DNA of 64,000 nt from an uncultured Gemmatimonadales bacterium (GTDB lineage: Bacteria > Gemmatimonadota > Gemmatimonadetes > Gemmatimonadales > Gemmatimonadaceae). How positions within the stretch are numbered: the first letter of the stretch is position 1; each line of letters starts with the position of its first letter. Below are positions 49,451 through 58,427 of this stretch, piece by piece. A program made the position numbers and the translations under genes. The DNA lies in the NCBI GenBank assembly GCA_963850905.1, contig CAWKMU010000003.1:608001-672000 (forward strand). The letters run 5' to 3'. Below the pieces are notes generated by a model. That model made no database searches, was not told the DNA's origin, and saw only the letters and a list, made by a program, of their open reading frames with translations.

Positions 49451-52400
49451 ACGTCCCCAGTCTCTTCATCCGGCGTCCGGTCATGACGACGCTCGTCATG
49501 CTGGGCGTCCTGGTCTTTGGGACGATCGCGTACACGAAGTTGCCCGTGAGCGATCTGCCCACAGTCGACTACCCCACGATCAACGTCCGCGCGACGCTGC
49601 CCGGGGCGAGTCCGGAGACGATGGCGGCGGCCGTCGCGACGCCGCTCGAGAAGCAGTTCTCGACGATCGCGGGCATCGACAACATGACCTCGTCCAGTAT
49701 CCTGGGGTCCACGTCGATCACCGTCCAGTTCAACATTGATCGCGACATCAACGCGGCGGCTCAGGACATCGAGGCAGGGATCTCGCAGGCGCTGGTCAAC
49801 CTGCCGACTGGGATCATCCCGCCGTCGTTCTTCCGTCAGAATCCGGCGGCTGCGCCGGTGCTGTTCATGGTGTTGACGTCCAACGTCGAGCCGCTGTCGG
49901 TGGTCGACGAAGTCGGCGAGACCACCATCGCGCAACGCATCTCCATGGTCGATGGGGTGTCGGAGGTCAGCGTCTGGGGGCAGCAGAAGTATGCAGTGCG
50001 CATCGGGCTGAACCCGCAGGCGTTGGCGGCGCGCGGGATCGGCGTCGACCAGGTTACCGCGGCCGTGAACGCGCAGAACGTCAACCTGCCGACCGGCGTC
50101 ATGTGGGGGGCCAATCAGGCCATCACGGTCCAGGCCACGGGCAACCTCTACAACGCCGCCCAGTTCCAGAAGGTCATCGTCGCCTATCGCAATAGCGCGC
50201 CCGTGTACCTGCGCGACGTGGCGAGCGTGACGGACGACGTGCAGAACAACCGGACGATCTCCTGGTACAACAACCAGCTTGGCATCATGCTGGCGGTCAT
50301 GCGCCAGCCTGGGACGAACACCGTCGAGGTGACGCGCGACGTGCAGAACGTCCTCGATGAGATCCGCGGCCAGATCCCGCCCGACATCAGTCTGATCGTG
50401 GTCGAGGACCGCGCGGACTATATAGAGCGCGGCGTGCACGACGTGAAGTTCGCGTTCGTCGTCGCGCTGGTGCTGGTGGTACTGGTCATCTTCGTCTTTC
50501 TGCGCAACGTGTCGGCGACGATCATCCCGAGCCTCGCCCTGCCGATGTCCATTATCGGCACCTTCTCGGTGATGTACCTGCTCCGCTACAGCATCGACAA
50601 TCTCTCCCTCATGGCGCTCACCCTCGCCGTGGGCTTCGTCGTCGATGATGCCATCGTCGTGCTCGAGAACATCGTCCGCCACATGGAGATGGGCAAGCCG
50701 CGCATGCAGGCGGCCCTCGATGGCGCCGCCGAGGTGGGTTCCACCATCGTCACCATGACGACCTCGCTCTCGGCCGTCTTCATCCCGATCATGTTCATGG
50801 GCGGGATCCTCGGGATGCTCTTCCACGAGTTTGGCGTCACGATCGCCGTGGCGATCCTGGTCTCCGGCTGCATCTCGCTGACGCTGACGCCGATGCTGTG
50901 CAGCCGCTTCCTGAGTCCGGTGAAGTCGGCCGAGCGCGGGCGGCTCTACCGGTGGTCGGAGAACGCGTTCAACGCCGCACTGCACACCTACGAGCGGAGC
51001 CTCGTCTGGATCATGCGCCGCCGGCCCCTCACGCTCGGGCTTTCCGCGCTCACGCTCGTCATCATGGTCGTGCTTTTCAGCATCATCCCGAAGGGATTTC
51101 TGCCGAGCGACGACACGGGGTGGCTCATAGTGACGACCGAAGGGGCCGAGGGGATCTCCTACGACGCCATCGTGCCGCTCCAGCAGAAAGTTGATGCCAT
51201 CCTGCTCAAGGACCCGAACATCCAGGCGATCCTGCCCTCGGTCGGCTCGCAGGGCTCGGCCAACCAGGGTCGCGTCTTCGCCTTCCTGAAGCCACTCGGG
51301 AAGGGACCACACGATCGGCGTGTGAGCACTGACGCAGCCGTCGCAGAGCTTATGCGCACGACCAATACGGTCCCGGGGATCACGACGTTCATCCAGCCCG
51401 AGCCGCTGATCCGGATCGGCGGGCGCATGTCGAAGAGCCTTTACCAATTCACGCTGTACGGACCGGACCTAGGCGCGCTAGACCAGGCGGCTCTGGCCAT
51501 GCAGGCGCGATTGCAGCACATGCATCAGCTGGTGGGAGTGACCACCGACCTCCAGATTAAAAACCCAACAGTAACCGTCCTCATCGACCGCGACCGTGCT
51601 TCGGCGTTGGGGATCACGGCGAGCCAGCTCGAGCACACCCTGTACGATGCGTACGGGTCGCGCCAGGTGTCGACTATCTACACGCCGACCAACGAATACT
51701 GGGTCGTGATGGAGTCGATGCCGCAGTACGAGCGCGATGAAGCCGACTTGAACCAGCTCTACATTCGCGCGCCGGCTACCGGCAACATCGTCCCGCTCTC
51801 GACGATCGCACGGCTCCAGCGCACCGTGGGCCCACTGAGCATCAACCACTCGGGGCAGCTGCCGTCGGTCACTATCTCGTTCAACGTGGCACCCAACGTG
51901 GCACTGAGCGAGGCGGTGGGGCTGGTGCAGGACCAAGCCCGGCAGGTCCTCAGCCCGACGATCAGCGCGGCCTTCGGCGGCACGGCCGGAGCGTTCCAGT
52001 CCTCACAGGAGGGCCTCATCATCCTGCTCGCGCTCTCGATATTCGTGATTTACGTCGTGCTCGGGATCCTGTACGAGAGCTTCATTCATCCCATTACGAT
52101 CCTCTCGGGCATTCCCTTCGCCGCCGTCGGCGCGCTCATCGCGCTCCTGGTCACGCACAACGAGCTCAACATCTACGGGTTCGTCGGGATGATCATGCTG
52201 ATCGGCATCGTGAAGAAGAACGCGATCCTGATGATCGACTTCGCGATCGCGACAGAGCGCAGCACGCAAAAGTCGGCGGCCGAGTCCATCATCGAGGCCG
52301 CCAGCATCCGCTTCCGGCCCATCATGATGACCACGGCCGCGGCGATCATGGGCAGCTTGCCGATCGCCATCGGGGTGGGGGCGACCGGCGCCTCGCGTCA

Positions 52401-52569
52401 GGACCTGGGCATCGTCGTGGTCGGTGGGCTTGCGATCTCGCAGATCGTCACGCTCTACATGACCCCGGTGTTCTACACCTACTTGGATGATCTTCAGACC
52501 TGGCTCGCGCAGAAGATGAGGACGGCGGTGCCCAGTTCGCTTGCGCTGCCGGTCCCGGCTGGCGACTGA
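49447..52569 (+). CDS. RND efflux transporter permease, MdtB/MdtC (AcrB) family
   Basis: FIRRPVMTTL, LPGASPETMA, GFVVDDAIVVLENI, LYESFIHPITILS, GIVKKNAILMIDFA, RFRPIMMTT; 1040 aa. Confidence 0.95.
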   Translation: MNVPSLFIRRPVMTTLVMLGVLVFGTIAYTKLPVSDLPTVDYPTINVRATLPGASPETMAAAVATPLEKQFSTIAGIDNMTSSSILGSTSITVQFNIDRDINAAAQDIEAGISQALVNLPTGIIPPSFFRQNPAAAPVLFMVLTSNVEPLSVVDEVGETTIAQRISMVDGVSEVSVWGQQKYAVRIGLNPQALAARGIGVDQVTAAVNAQNVNLPTGVMWGANQAITVQATGNLYNAAQFQKVIVAYRNSAPVYLRDVASVTDDVQNNRTISWYNNQLGIMLAVMRQPGTNTVEVTRDVQNVLDEIRGQIPPDISLIVVEDRADYIERGVHDVKFAFVVALVLVVLVIFVFLRNVSATIIPSLALPMSIIGTFSVMYLLRYSIDNLSLMALTLAVGFVVDDAIVVLENIVRHMEMGKPRMQAALDGAAEVGSTIVTMTTSLSAVFIPIMFMGGILGMLFHEFGVTIAVAILVSGCISLTLTPMLCSRFLSPVKSAERGRLYRWSENAFNAALHTYERSLVWIMRRRPLTLGLSALTLVIMVVLFSIIPKGFLPSDDTGWLIVTTEGAEGISYDAIVPLQQKVDAILLKDPNIQAILPSVGSQGSANQGRVFAFLKPLGKGPHDRRVSTDAAVAELMRTTNTVPGITTFIQPEPLIRIGGRMSKSLYQFTLYGPDLGALDQAALAMQARLQHMHQLVGVTTDLQIKNPTVTVLIDRDRASALGITASQLEHTLYDAYGSRQVSTIYTPTNEYWVVMESMPQYERDEADLNQLYIRAPATGNIVPLSTIARLQRTVGPLSINHSGQLPSVTISFNVAPNVALSEAVGLVQDQARQVLSPTISAAFGGTAGAFQSSQEGLIILLALSIFVIYVVLGILYESFIHPITILSGIPFAAVGALIALLVTHNELNIYGFVGMIMLIGIVKKNAILMIDFAIATERSTQKSAAESIIEAASIRFRPIMMTTAAAIMGSLPIAIGVGATGASRQDLGIVVVGGLAISQIVTLYMTPVFYTYLDDLQTWLAQKMRTAVPSSLALPVPAGD

Positions 52570-52590
52570 GTCCATGCCCTCATTTTCGAT

Positions 52591-52659
52591 CTCGCGCTCT
52601 TAATCCAGCGCTCCATCATGGCAACGCTCGTCGTGGTCGGCGTGCTGATTTTCGGATGA
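52591..52659 (+). pseudogene. Stub of a second RND permease (MdtC-like N-terminus)
   Basis: LALLIQRSIMATLVVVGVLIFG* aligns to the upstream SLFIRRPVMTTLVMLGVLVFG. Confidence 0.6.
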
Positions 52660-52811
52660 CCGTTGCGAAAACCTTGGGCCACTTCCTGGGCCACTTTCGC
52701 AACAACCAGGTGGAAGAACGTGCAACGGGGTGCGGAAGTGGCCCAGCCTCCGCACCCCGTTTCACTATGAAAACCAATCACCTACGAGCTCCTGCAACGC
52801 CCGAGAAAGAA

Positions 52812-52848
52812 TTTGCAGACCGCTGCCTTACCACTTGGCTACCGCGCC
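52812..52848 (-). repeat. Orphan 5' half of tRNA-Cys (att site)
   Basis: 37/37 identity to tRNA nt 1-37, ending just past the anticodon. Confidence 0.9.
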
Positions 52849-53014
52849 AGAATGTCTTGCGACTACGAAACTTAGCACTACCCTGCCTTACTACTACCGC
52901 TCCGTTTGGACAGCCCGGTGGACAGTTCGGTACCGAATTCTAGCTCGCTGCCGGCTTCCGCCGCGAGCGGGCGACCGATCACCAGATCACCCCAAGCTCG
53001 CCGTTTTGTCGCCC

Positions 53015-53677
53015 CTAACGCTGCGCAGCCGAGTGCTCCGCCTCACAGGGCGCGTTCGTCCACCCGGATCGGAAGGGCGTCACCTCGCCCGAGCGCGGAT
53101 CGAACTTGTGCCGCCAAACACAAGCCGTGTCGTTGGCCAGGAGATGGATCGAGATTGAGGCCGCTGCGGACACCGTCCTCACGTAGTGAATATCGTCCTT
53201 GGGTGGCAGCAGCGCGTAGAAGCCGCCGCGACTGAGTACCTGTTGCTTGGCGACCTCGAGGCTCGCCCGTCCTGAATCGCTTCCATCGTCGAGGCGACGA
53301 TAGATCGTCTCGTCTTGCTGGCCGCGGTACACGCCGACCAGGCCCCACGCGAGGTGATCATGTACCGGTGTCGCTACGCCGGGCGGTACCACGAGGGAAA
53401 ACAGGCAGAGCGAACCGTCCACGGCCCGGTAGAGAGCGTACTGCCCGACGCCGTCACCCATGCGGCTCCCGTCATCCGGGCGAGCAAAGCGCTCGGGCAG
53501 CCAGTCGCCGGCGGCCAGCAATCGGGCGAAGGCTGGCTTGAGCAACTCGACGCGCGTAGCGTCGTCGGCTACGCGAGCCATCTCTTGCTGTGTCTCCTGG
53601 ATGAGCGCGCGGATCTCGGGCGTGTCTACCAGGAACCCAACGCCGCCGTGGTCGTGCCCCCCGTTCAGATTGCACAT
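53015..53677 (-). CDS. Cysteine dioxygenase-family cupin (thiol dioxygenase-like)
   Basis: TPVHDHLAWGLVGVYRG, DDIHYV, SISIHLL. Confidence 0.8.
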   Translation of the reverse strand: MCNLNGGHDHGGVGFLVDTPEIRALIQETQQEMARVADDATRVELLKPAFARLLAAGDWLPERFARPDDGSRMGDGVGQYALYRAVDGSLCLFSLVVPPGVATPVHDHLAWGLVGVYRGQQDETIYRRLDDGSDSGRASLEVAKQQVLSRGGFYALLPPKDDIHYVRTVSAAASISIHLLANDTACVWRHKFDPRSGEVTPFRSGWTNAPCEAEHSAAQR

Positions 53678-53750
53678 CGGCGGAGCTCCGCTGAGGTTAC
53701 CAACGCCCGCGGCTTCTGCTTGTCGTCGTGGCAGACCAGCACCGGGGCCC

Positions 53751-56408
53751 TTACGCGCCAGCGATCAGCTGCTCGAATCTCGGGTCGCCGCGAAGCGCGG
53801 ACCACGTGGGATCGACCTTCAGCCAGCCGCGCGACACATAGAACGGGATGCTGAGAAGCTGTTGGAGGATGTCGATGGCCTTCTCCGGCTGCCCGGCCAC
53901 CAGATAGACGCGCGCCAGGAGGTACGTGTCATAGGTGCCGGTACGCGCGTCTTTCGCGATGGGCTTGAGCGCGATGCTGCGTTCGGCTTCGCGCACTGCC
54001 TCGCTCGATCGACCGAGGTATGCCAGCGCCAGGGCTAGGAACATGTGCCGCTGCTCGTCGTTCGGGATGGCGCGGAGCTGTGCCTCAAATCCGATTCGGG
54101 CGGTGTCCGCATACACGCGTGCGCGCGCCCGATCGCCCCGCAGCCAGTAGAGCTGAGCGCGGACACTGGCCTGCGTCGCCTTGTCCCCGTCGAAGGCATC
54201 GGGACCGAGCGTGAGCAGGCGCGCCTGCTGGGCGCTGTCGAGCACCCAATAGAGATCCCAGAAGTTGCCGAGGTATGCCACGAGCGCGGCCTGATCGACG
54301 GTCGGGGGCACCGAGTGAATGATGCGCTGCGCACCTGTGAGGTCGCCCTGTTCCAACGCGAGCATCGCGCTTCCCTCAATGACGGCCAGGTTCTCGGGCG
54401 CCTGCGCGAGGCGGCGCCCACAGGACAGAGCCGCCTCGGTGTACATCCGCTGCCACCGTTCGAGCTCGCACAGCAGCGTGAGATTTCGTGGGTTTTGAGG
54501 ATCGAGTCGCTGCGCTTGCTGGGCGCGCGCGAGGGCCTCGCTCCACTGGCCGAGGGACGACTGGATCTGCGCGGTCCGACGGAGCAAATCGGTGTTGTTC
54601 GGCGACCGCGCCAGTGCGGCATCGGCCTCGGCGAGTCCGCGCGCGTTGTCATCGTGCACGAAGGCGTAGTACAGAGAGCGAGCCGCATGTACGTCAGGTA
54701 GGTCCGGCGCCAACGCGAGCGCTCGAGCGGTGGCCACATCGGCTGAGTCAGCGATGGCCGGCTCGGGGACGCTGTTTGTGTACAGCAGCGTGTACATCAC
54801 GCCCATGTGCGACCACGCCAGCGCGAACGTCGAGTCGCGGCTGGTTGCCTCCCTGTCCGCGACAATCGCGCGCCGTAACACAGCGGGCGCGTTACCGCTC
54901 GCCCCAATGTCGAGGGCACGCAGGTACGCATCGTAGGCCGACAGGTCGTTCGTGGGTCGGGCGGTCAGCGTCTGCTGCGCGGCCGGCGTAAGCGCCACTT
55001 GCAGCGCATTGGCCACCTTGCTTGCGATATCACCCTGCACCTGGAACACGTCGGTGAGTGGCGCATCGAACGGCTGCGCCCATTTGTCGGCCGCCGTCGC
55101 CACGTCCATGAGCTCCGGACTGACTTGCACCCGACTCGTCCCACCTGGTCCTTTTGCCCACCGCACCTTGCCGAGCAAGAGGTATCGCACACCCAACTCT
55201 TGCGCGATGTCGCGCGGCGACTTGGTCGTATGCCGATACTGTGACGAGGTCACTGAGCCGATCACCTCGAGCCCCGGAAGGCTCGTCAGCTTCCCGCGTA
55301 CGGCGTCGGTCACACCATCGGCAAAGTACGCATCGGCCGAATCACCGAGATTGTCGAAGGGCAGAACTGCCAGCCGGATGGCGCCAGCCGGGGTCTCCAC
55401 CGTGCCCGCGTGCGTTCGCCACGCGAACAACGCCCCGCCGCCGATGAGCAAACCGAGAACGAGAGCCAGCGCGGCAATCGGGACACGCGATGCCTGGATC
55501 TTGGCTGGTTGCTCAGCCCTGGCAGGCGTCGCACGCGATGATGACCTGCGCGCGGACGACCGCTCGGCTGCCTCGAGCGCCTTGGCAAACTCTCCGGGAG
55601 TTCCCCATCGATCGGCTGGCACCGGCGCGAGCGCACGCTGCAGCGCGAGGTCGACGGCCTCGGGGACGGATGCGCGAATGCGTCGCACCGATGGCGCCGG
55701 GCTCGACATCATCTTCGCAATGACCGCCTGCGCAGTCGGCCCGGTGAACGGCGGCTCGCCGGCGAGCATCTCATAGCACACCGCGCCGAGCGAGTAGACG
55801 TCTGACGCGGGGCCAAGCGTGCGCTCACCGCTCGCTTGTTCGGGACTCATATACGCGGCAGTGCCGACGACGACCCCGGTCGCGGTGAGCGTCGTTCCCG
55901 AGGCGCTCGAGGAGAGAGCGCGCGCGATGCCGAAGTCAGCGAGGAGGGCCTGCCCGTCGGATGTGAGCAAAATGTTCTCCGGCTTCACATCGCGATGCAC
56001 GATCCCGCGCTTGTGCGCAAAGTCCAGCGCCAGAGCAACCTCGCGTGTGATGCGGACCGCATCCTCCAGACTGAGCTGCGCTTGCCGACGGAGGCGCTCG
56101 CGCAGCGATTCTCCCTCCACGTACGGCATCGTGAACCACAGGTCTCCAGCGTCCGTCTCGCCGGAGTCGAGTACCGTCAGGATGTGGGGATGCTGCAGCG
56201 CGGCGGCAAAGCTGATCTCTCGGCGAAAGCGCTCAGGTCCGAGGGAGGCAGCCAGATCCTGATGCAGGACCTTGAGCGCAACCTGCCGCCCATGCTTCGT
56301 ATCACGCGCCAGGTAGACGGTCGCCATTCCACCACGCCCCAACTCGCGCTCCAGCGTATAGTGGGCGCGAAGGGCATTCTGTAGATCTGGAGGGGGCGCG
56401 CTTTCCAC
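53751..56408 (-). CDS. Ser/Thr protein kinase with TM, TolB-N-like and TPR domains
   Basis: LGRGGMATVYLA, HRDVKPEN, DFG, YMSPEQ; LAVLPFDNLG...YFADGVT; TPRs; start probably GTG 56408. Confidence 0.93.
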   Translation of the reverse strand: MESAPPPDLQNALRAHYTLERELGRGGMATVYLARDTKHGRQVALKVLHQDLAASLGPERFRREISFAAALQHPHILTVLDSGETDAGDLWFTMPYVEGESLRERLRRQAQLSLEDAVRITREVALALDFAHKRGIVHRDVKPENILLTSDGQALLADFGIARALSSSASGTTLTATGVVVGTAAYMSPEQASGERTLGPASDVYSLGAVCYEMLAGEPPFTGPTAQAVIAKMMSSPAPSVRRIRASVPEAVDLALQRALAPVPADRWGTPGEFAKALEAAERSSARRSSSRATPARAEQPAKIQASRVPIAALALVLGLLIGGGALFAWRTHAGTVETPAGAIRLAVLPFDNLGDSADAYFADGVTDAVRGKLTSLPGLEVIGSVTSSQYRHTTKSPRDIAQELGVRYLLLGKVRWAKGPGGTSRVQVSPELMDVATAADKWAQPFDAPLTDVFQVQGDIASKVANALQVALTPAAQQTLTARPTNDLSAYDAYLRALDIGASGNAPAVLRRAIVADREATSRDSTFALAWSHMGVMYTLLYTNSVPEPAIADSADVATARALALAPDLPDVHAARSLYYAFVHDDNARGLAEADAALARSPNNTDLLRRTAQIQSSLGQWSEALARAQQAQRLDPQNPRNLTLLCELERWQRMYTEAALSCGRRLAQAPENLAVIEGSAMLALEQGDLTGAQRIIHSVPPTVDQAALVAYLGNFWDLYWVLDSAQQARLLTLGPDAFDGDKATQASVRAQLYWLRGDRARARVYADTARIGFEAQLRAIPNDEQRHMFLALALAYLGRSSEAVREAERSIALKPIAKDARTGTYDTYLLARVYLVAGQPEKAIDILQQLLSIPFYVSRGWLKVDPTWSALRGDPRFEQLIAGA

Positions 56409-56605
56409 ACCCGAAATATCGGTCGATAACCAGCGTGCGCCAGAGTCTGCCCGCCGGCTTGTTAGCATTCCAGCTGCCAGGCCGCCCGTCGGGCCTGGCA
56501 CTCGCCGCATCGATCCCGCTGTGATCCGGTGCTTGCTCAACAAACGTTGATCACGGCATCAGCGAACGCTCGCCGAAGGGCCAGAGCGGTGGTTACAGTT
56601 CACGC

Positions 56606-57072
56606 ATGACTTTCAGAACGCGAAGCACGCTGTGTGTAGCGCCCCTCGCCGTGATTGCGCTGGCTGGTGCTGCGCTCACCGCAGGCGCCCCACCGAAGGC
56701 TGAACGGAATGGAACGACGGCCGCAGCGGCCGTACGCCTACGCGGCAACTCCATTGCGCCGAGTCAGCAGACAGCTCCGCGTGCCGCCATTCACTTCTCG
56801 GTCGCGCCCACAGGCAATGATGCTCGCTACCGTGTCCGCGAGCAGCTCATGGGGCATGACCTTCCGAACGATGCAGTTGGCGAGACCCAGGAGATCACCG
56901 GCGGACTCACGCTGGACAACGCGGTCATGTCACGGGCACCGCGTCCACACGCTTCACGTTCGAGGAGTTTGGCCTGACGCAGCCGCGCGTCCCCATCGTC
57001 CTAAGCGTGGCGGATACCATCGCGCTCGAATACGACTTTACGCTGGCCCGCGACAGCTCGCAGGCACCGTAA
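56606..57072 (+). pseudogene. YceI-family secreted protein with internal deletion and frameshift
   Basis: NDARYRVREQL...NDAVGET...ITG jumps to TGTASTRFTFEEFGLTQPRVPIVLSVADTIALEYDF, TAA 57070. Confidence 0.65.
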
Positions 57073-57111
57073 GCGCACGCGATGGAATAGTGGCTCAACC
57101 CTCGCGTCGGC

Positions 57112-57894
57112 CTACCGCAGGCGCGACGGATCGAACCACGCGTCCGGCAGGTTGTCGTTCGGTTTGATGTCGGAGTAGATCTCGTGAAGCAGCATCCCAC
57201 GCTCGTCGCGCACGCCCACCTCGGTGCCGACCCACCCGCCGCCAAACGGGCGGTACTGGGCGAACCATGCGTCGCTCGTGCCGCCGCCTGCCGTGCCCGA
57301 CGGCTCCAGCATCCGCACGAACAGGTCGCGCTCGCGATCCACCCAAAATTGCTTCGATGTGGTGTCCCCCTCGGCCGCACCGACAACATAGACCGGGCGC
57401 CCACGCCACGTGCCCTGGTGCACGCGGGAGAGGTCGAAACCCTCGCCCTTGAGCTCCTCGATCGTGCGCTCCACCGGTTGCTTGTAGACGTCGAATCCCA
57501 ATATCAAGAAAAGGTTGAGACGCTTCGACCGCCGAGCCGGCTGACCGGGCGCTGCGACGTAGGTGCTGTCGCTCGCGAACAAAATGATGCGGCGCGGGTG
57601 CACCGTGTCGGATGCCGGATACCCGACGTCGATCCGCAGCCTGCCCGGCAGCTTCGCCTCCTCCCACCATTTCTCGGTGGTCATTTTCCCGTCCGGGCCG
57701 CGCTGCTCGGAGATCTCCGTGAACGACAGCGTCGAGTACCAGCTCGAGGCGTATCTGTCGTGCATCCGCCGAATCACATCCTCGCCCGTCGTCGGCGTCG
57801 TGCCAGTCGCCGTGGCGCCGGTCGCCTGTCCGCGGGCACATATGGCAATGCCCAGAAGGGCCATCATAGTCAGTGTGGGAGTCCGTTTCGACAT
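57112..57894 (-). CDS. Secreted hypothetical protein (LolA-like beta fold suspected)
   Basis: Signal peptide; MHDRYASSWYSTLSF, WWEEAKLPGRLRID, LILGFDVY, VYVVGA, QFWVDRE. Confidence 0.7.
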   Translation of the reverse strand: MSKRTPTLTMMALLGIAICARGQATGATATGTTPTTGEDVIRRMHDRYASSWYSTLSFTEISEQRGPDGKMTTEKWWEEAKLPGRLRIDVGYPASDTVHPRRIILFASDSTYVAAPGQPARRSKRLNLFLILGFDVYKQPVERTIEELKGEGFDLSRVHQGTWRGRPVYVVGAAEGDTTSKQFWVDRERDLFVRMLEPSGTAGGGTSDAWFAQYRPFGGGWVGTEVGVRDERGMLLHEIYSDIKPNDNLPDAWFDPSRLR

Positions 57895-58427
57895 GAGTAC
57901 CTCAAGTTGGCTCGACGCCGTTCTGAGCCCGAGCACCGGCGCCCTCGACGACGACGGATGCTGTGTCGCCGCAAATCTGAAGGCAGCAGGAGCTAATGTC
58001 GACGCCCCGTGCCTGCAAAACCGCCTTTGATCTAAAGCGTGGCGATTCAGTCCAGGGGCTCGCATCACTGTCCCCTGATGCGACCAACGCCGCGTCGGAG
58101 GCGGAGACGCCGGCAAACGAATCGCTGGTCGCCGGTGTCGCATAACGCCTCGCATGGCAGACAGTTGCCGTAGGCATGATCACCCAGACCATGGCCAGGT
58201 CTCGAACGGCAGTCGCGTCGAGTGAGTCCAGCGCAATGCCGGCTTCGTACGCCTGCGCGCCCGCACGCGGTTCTTCCCCGGTCCCCAGCTTTCGTAGTAC
58301 GTAGTCACCTGCAGCATCCAGGCGTCCCTCCAGGCCAACGGTCCGGACTAGCTTCCCAACGTCGGCAGAAGTATCTCTACCCTCCCGATAGAATCGGTGC
58401 TGGCAAGCACCAACGACTCGGCTACCC

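Larger units (their letters stand above)
47421..52848. mobile_element. Degenerate genomic island integrated at tRNA-Cys, bounded by 37-bp direct repeats (tRNA 5' half); no integrase
   Basis: tttgcagaccgctgccttaccacttggctaccgcgcc identical at 47421-47457 and 52812-52848; interior contains pseudogenes. Confidence 0.8.

Noticed and set aside
47458..52811. Prophage or active integrative element
   Set aside because: No integrase, phage, conjugation or replication genes inside; only a remnant is supported
52812..52848. Second or split tRNA-Cys gene
   Set aside because: Only nt 1-37 are present, with no 3' half or complementary splicing arms; it is better explained as an att site
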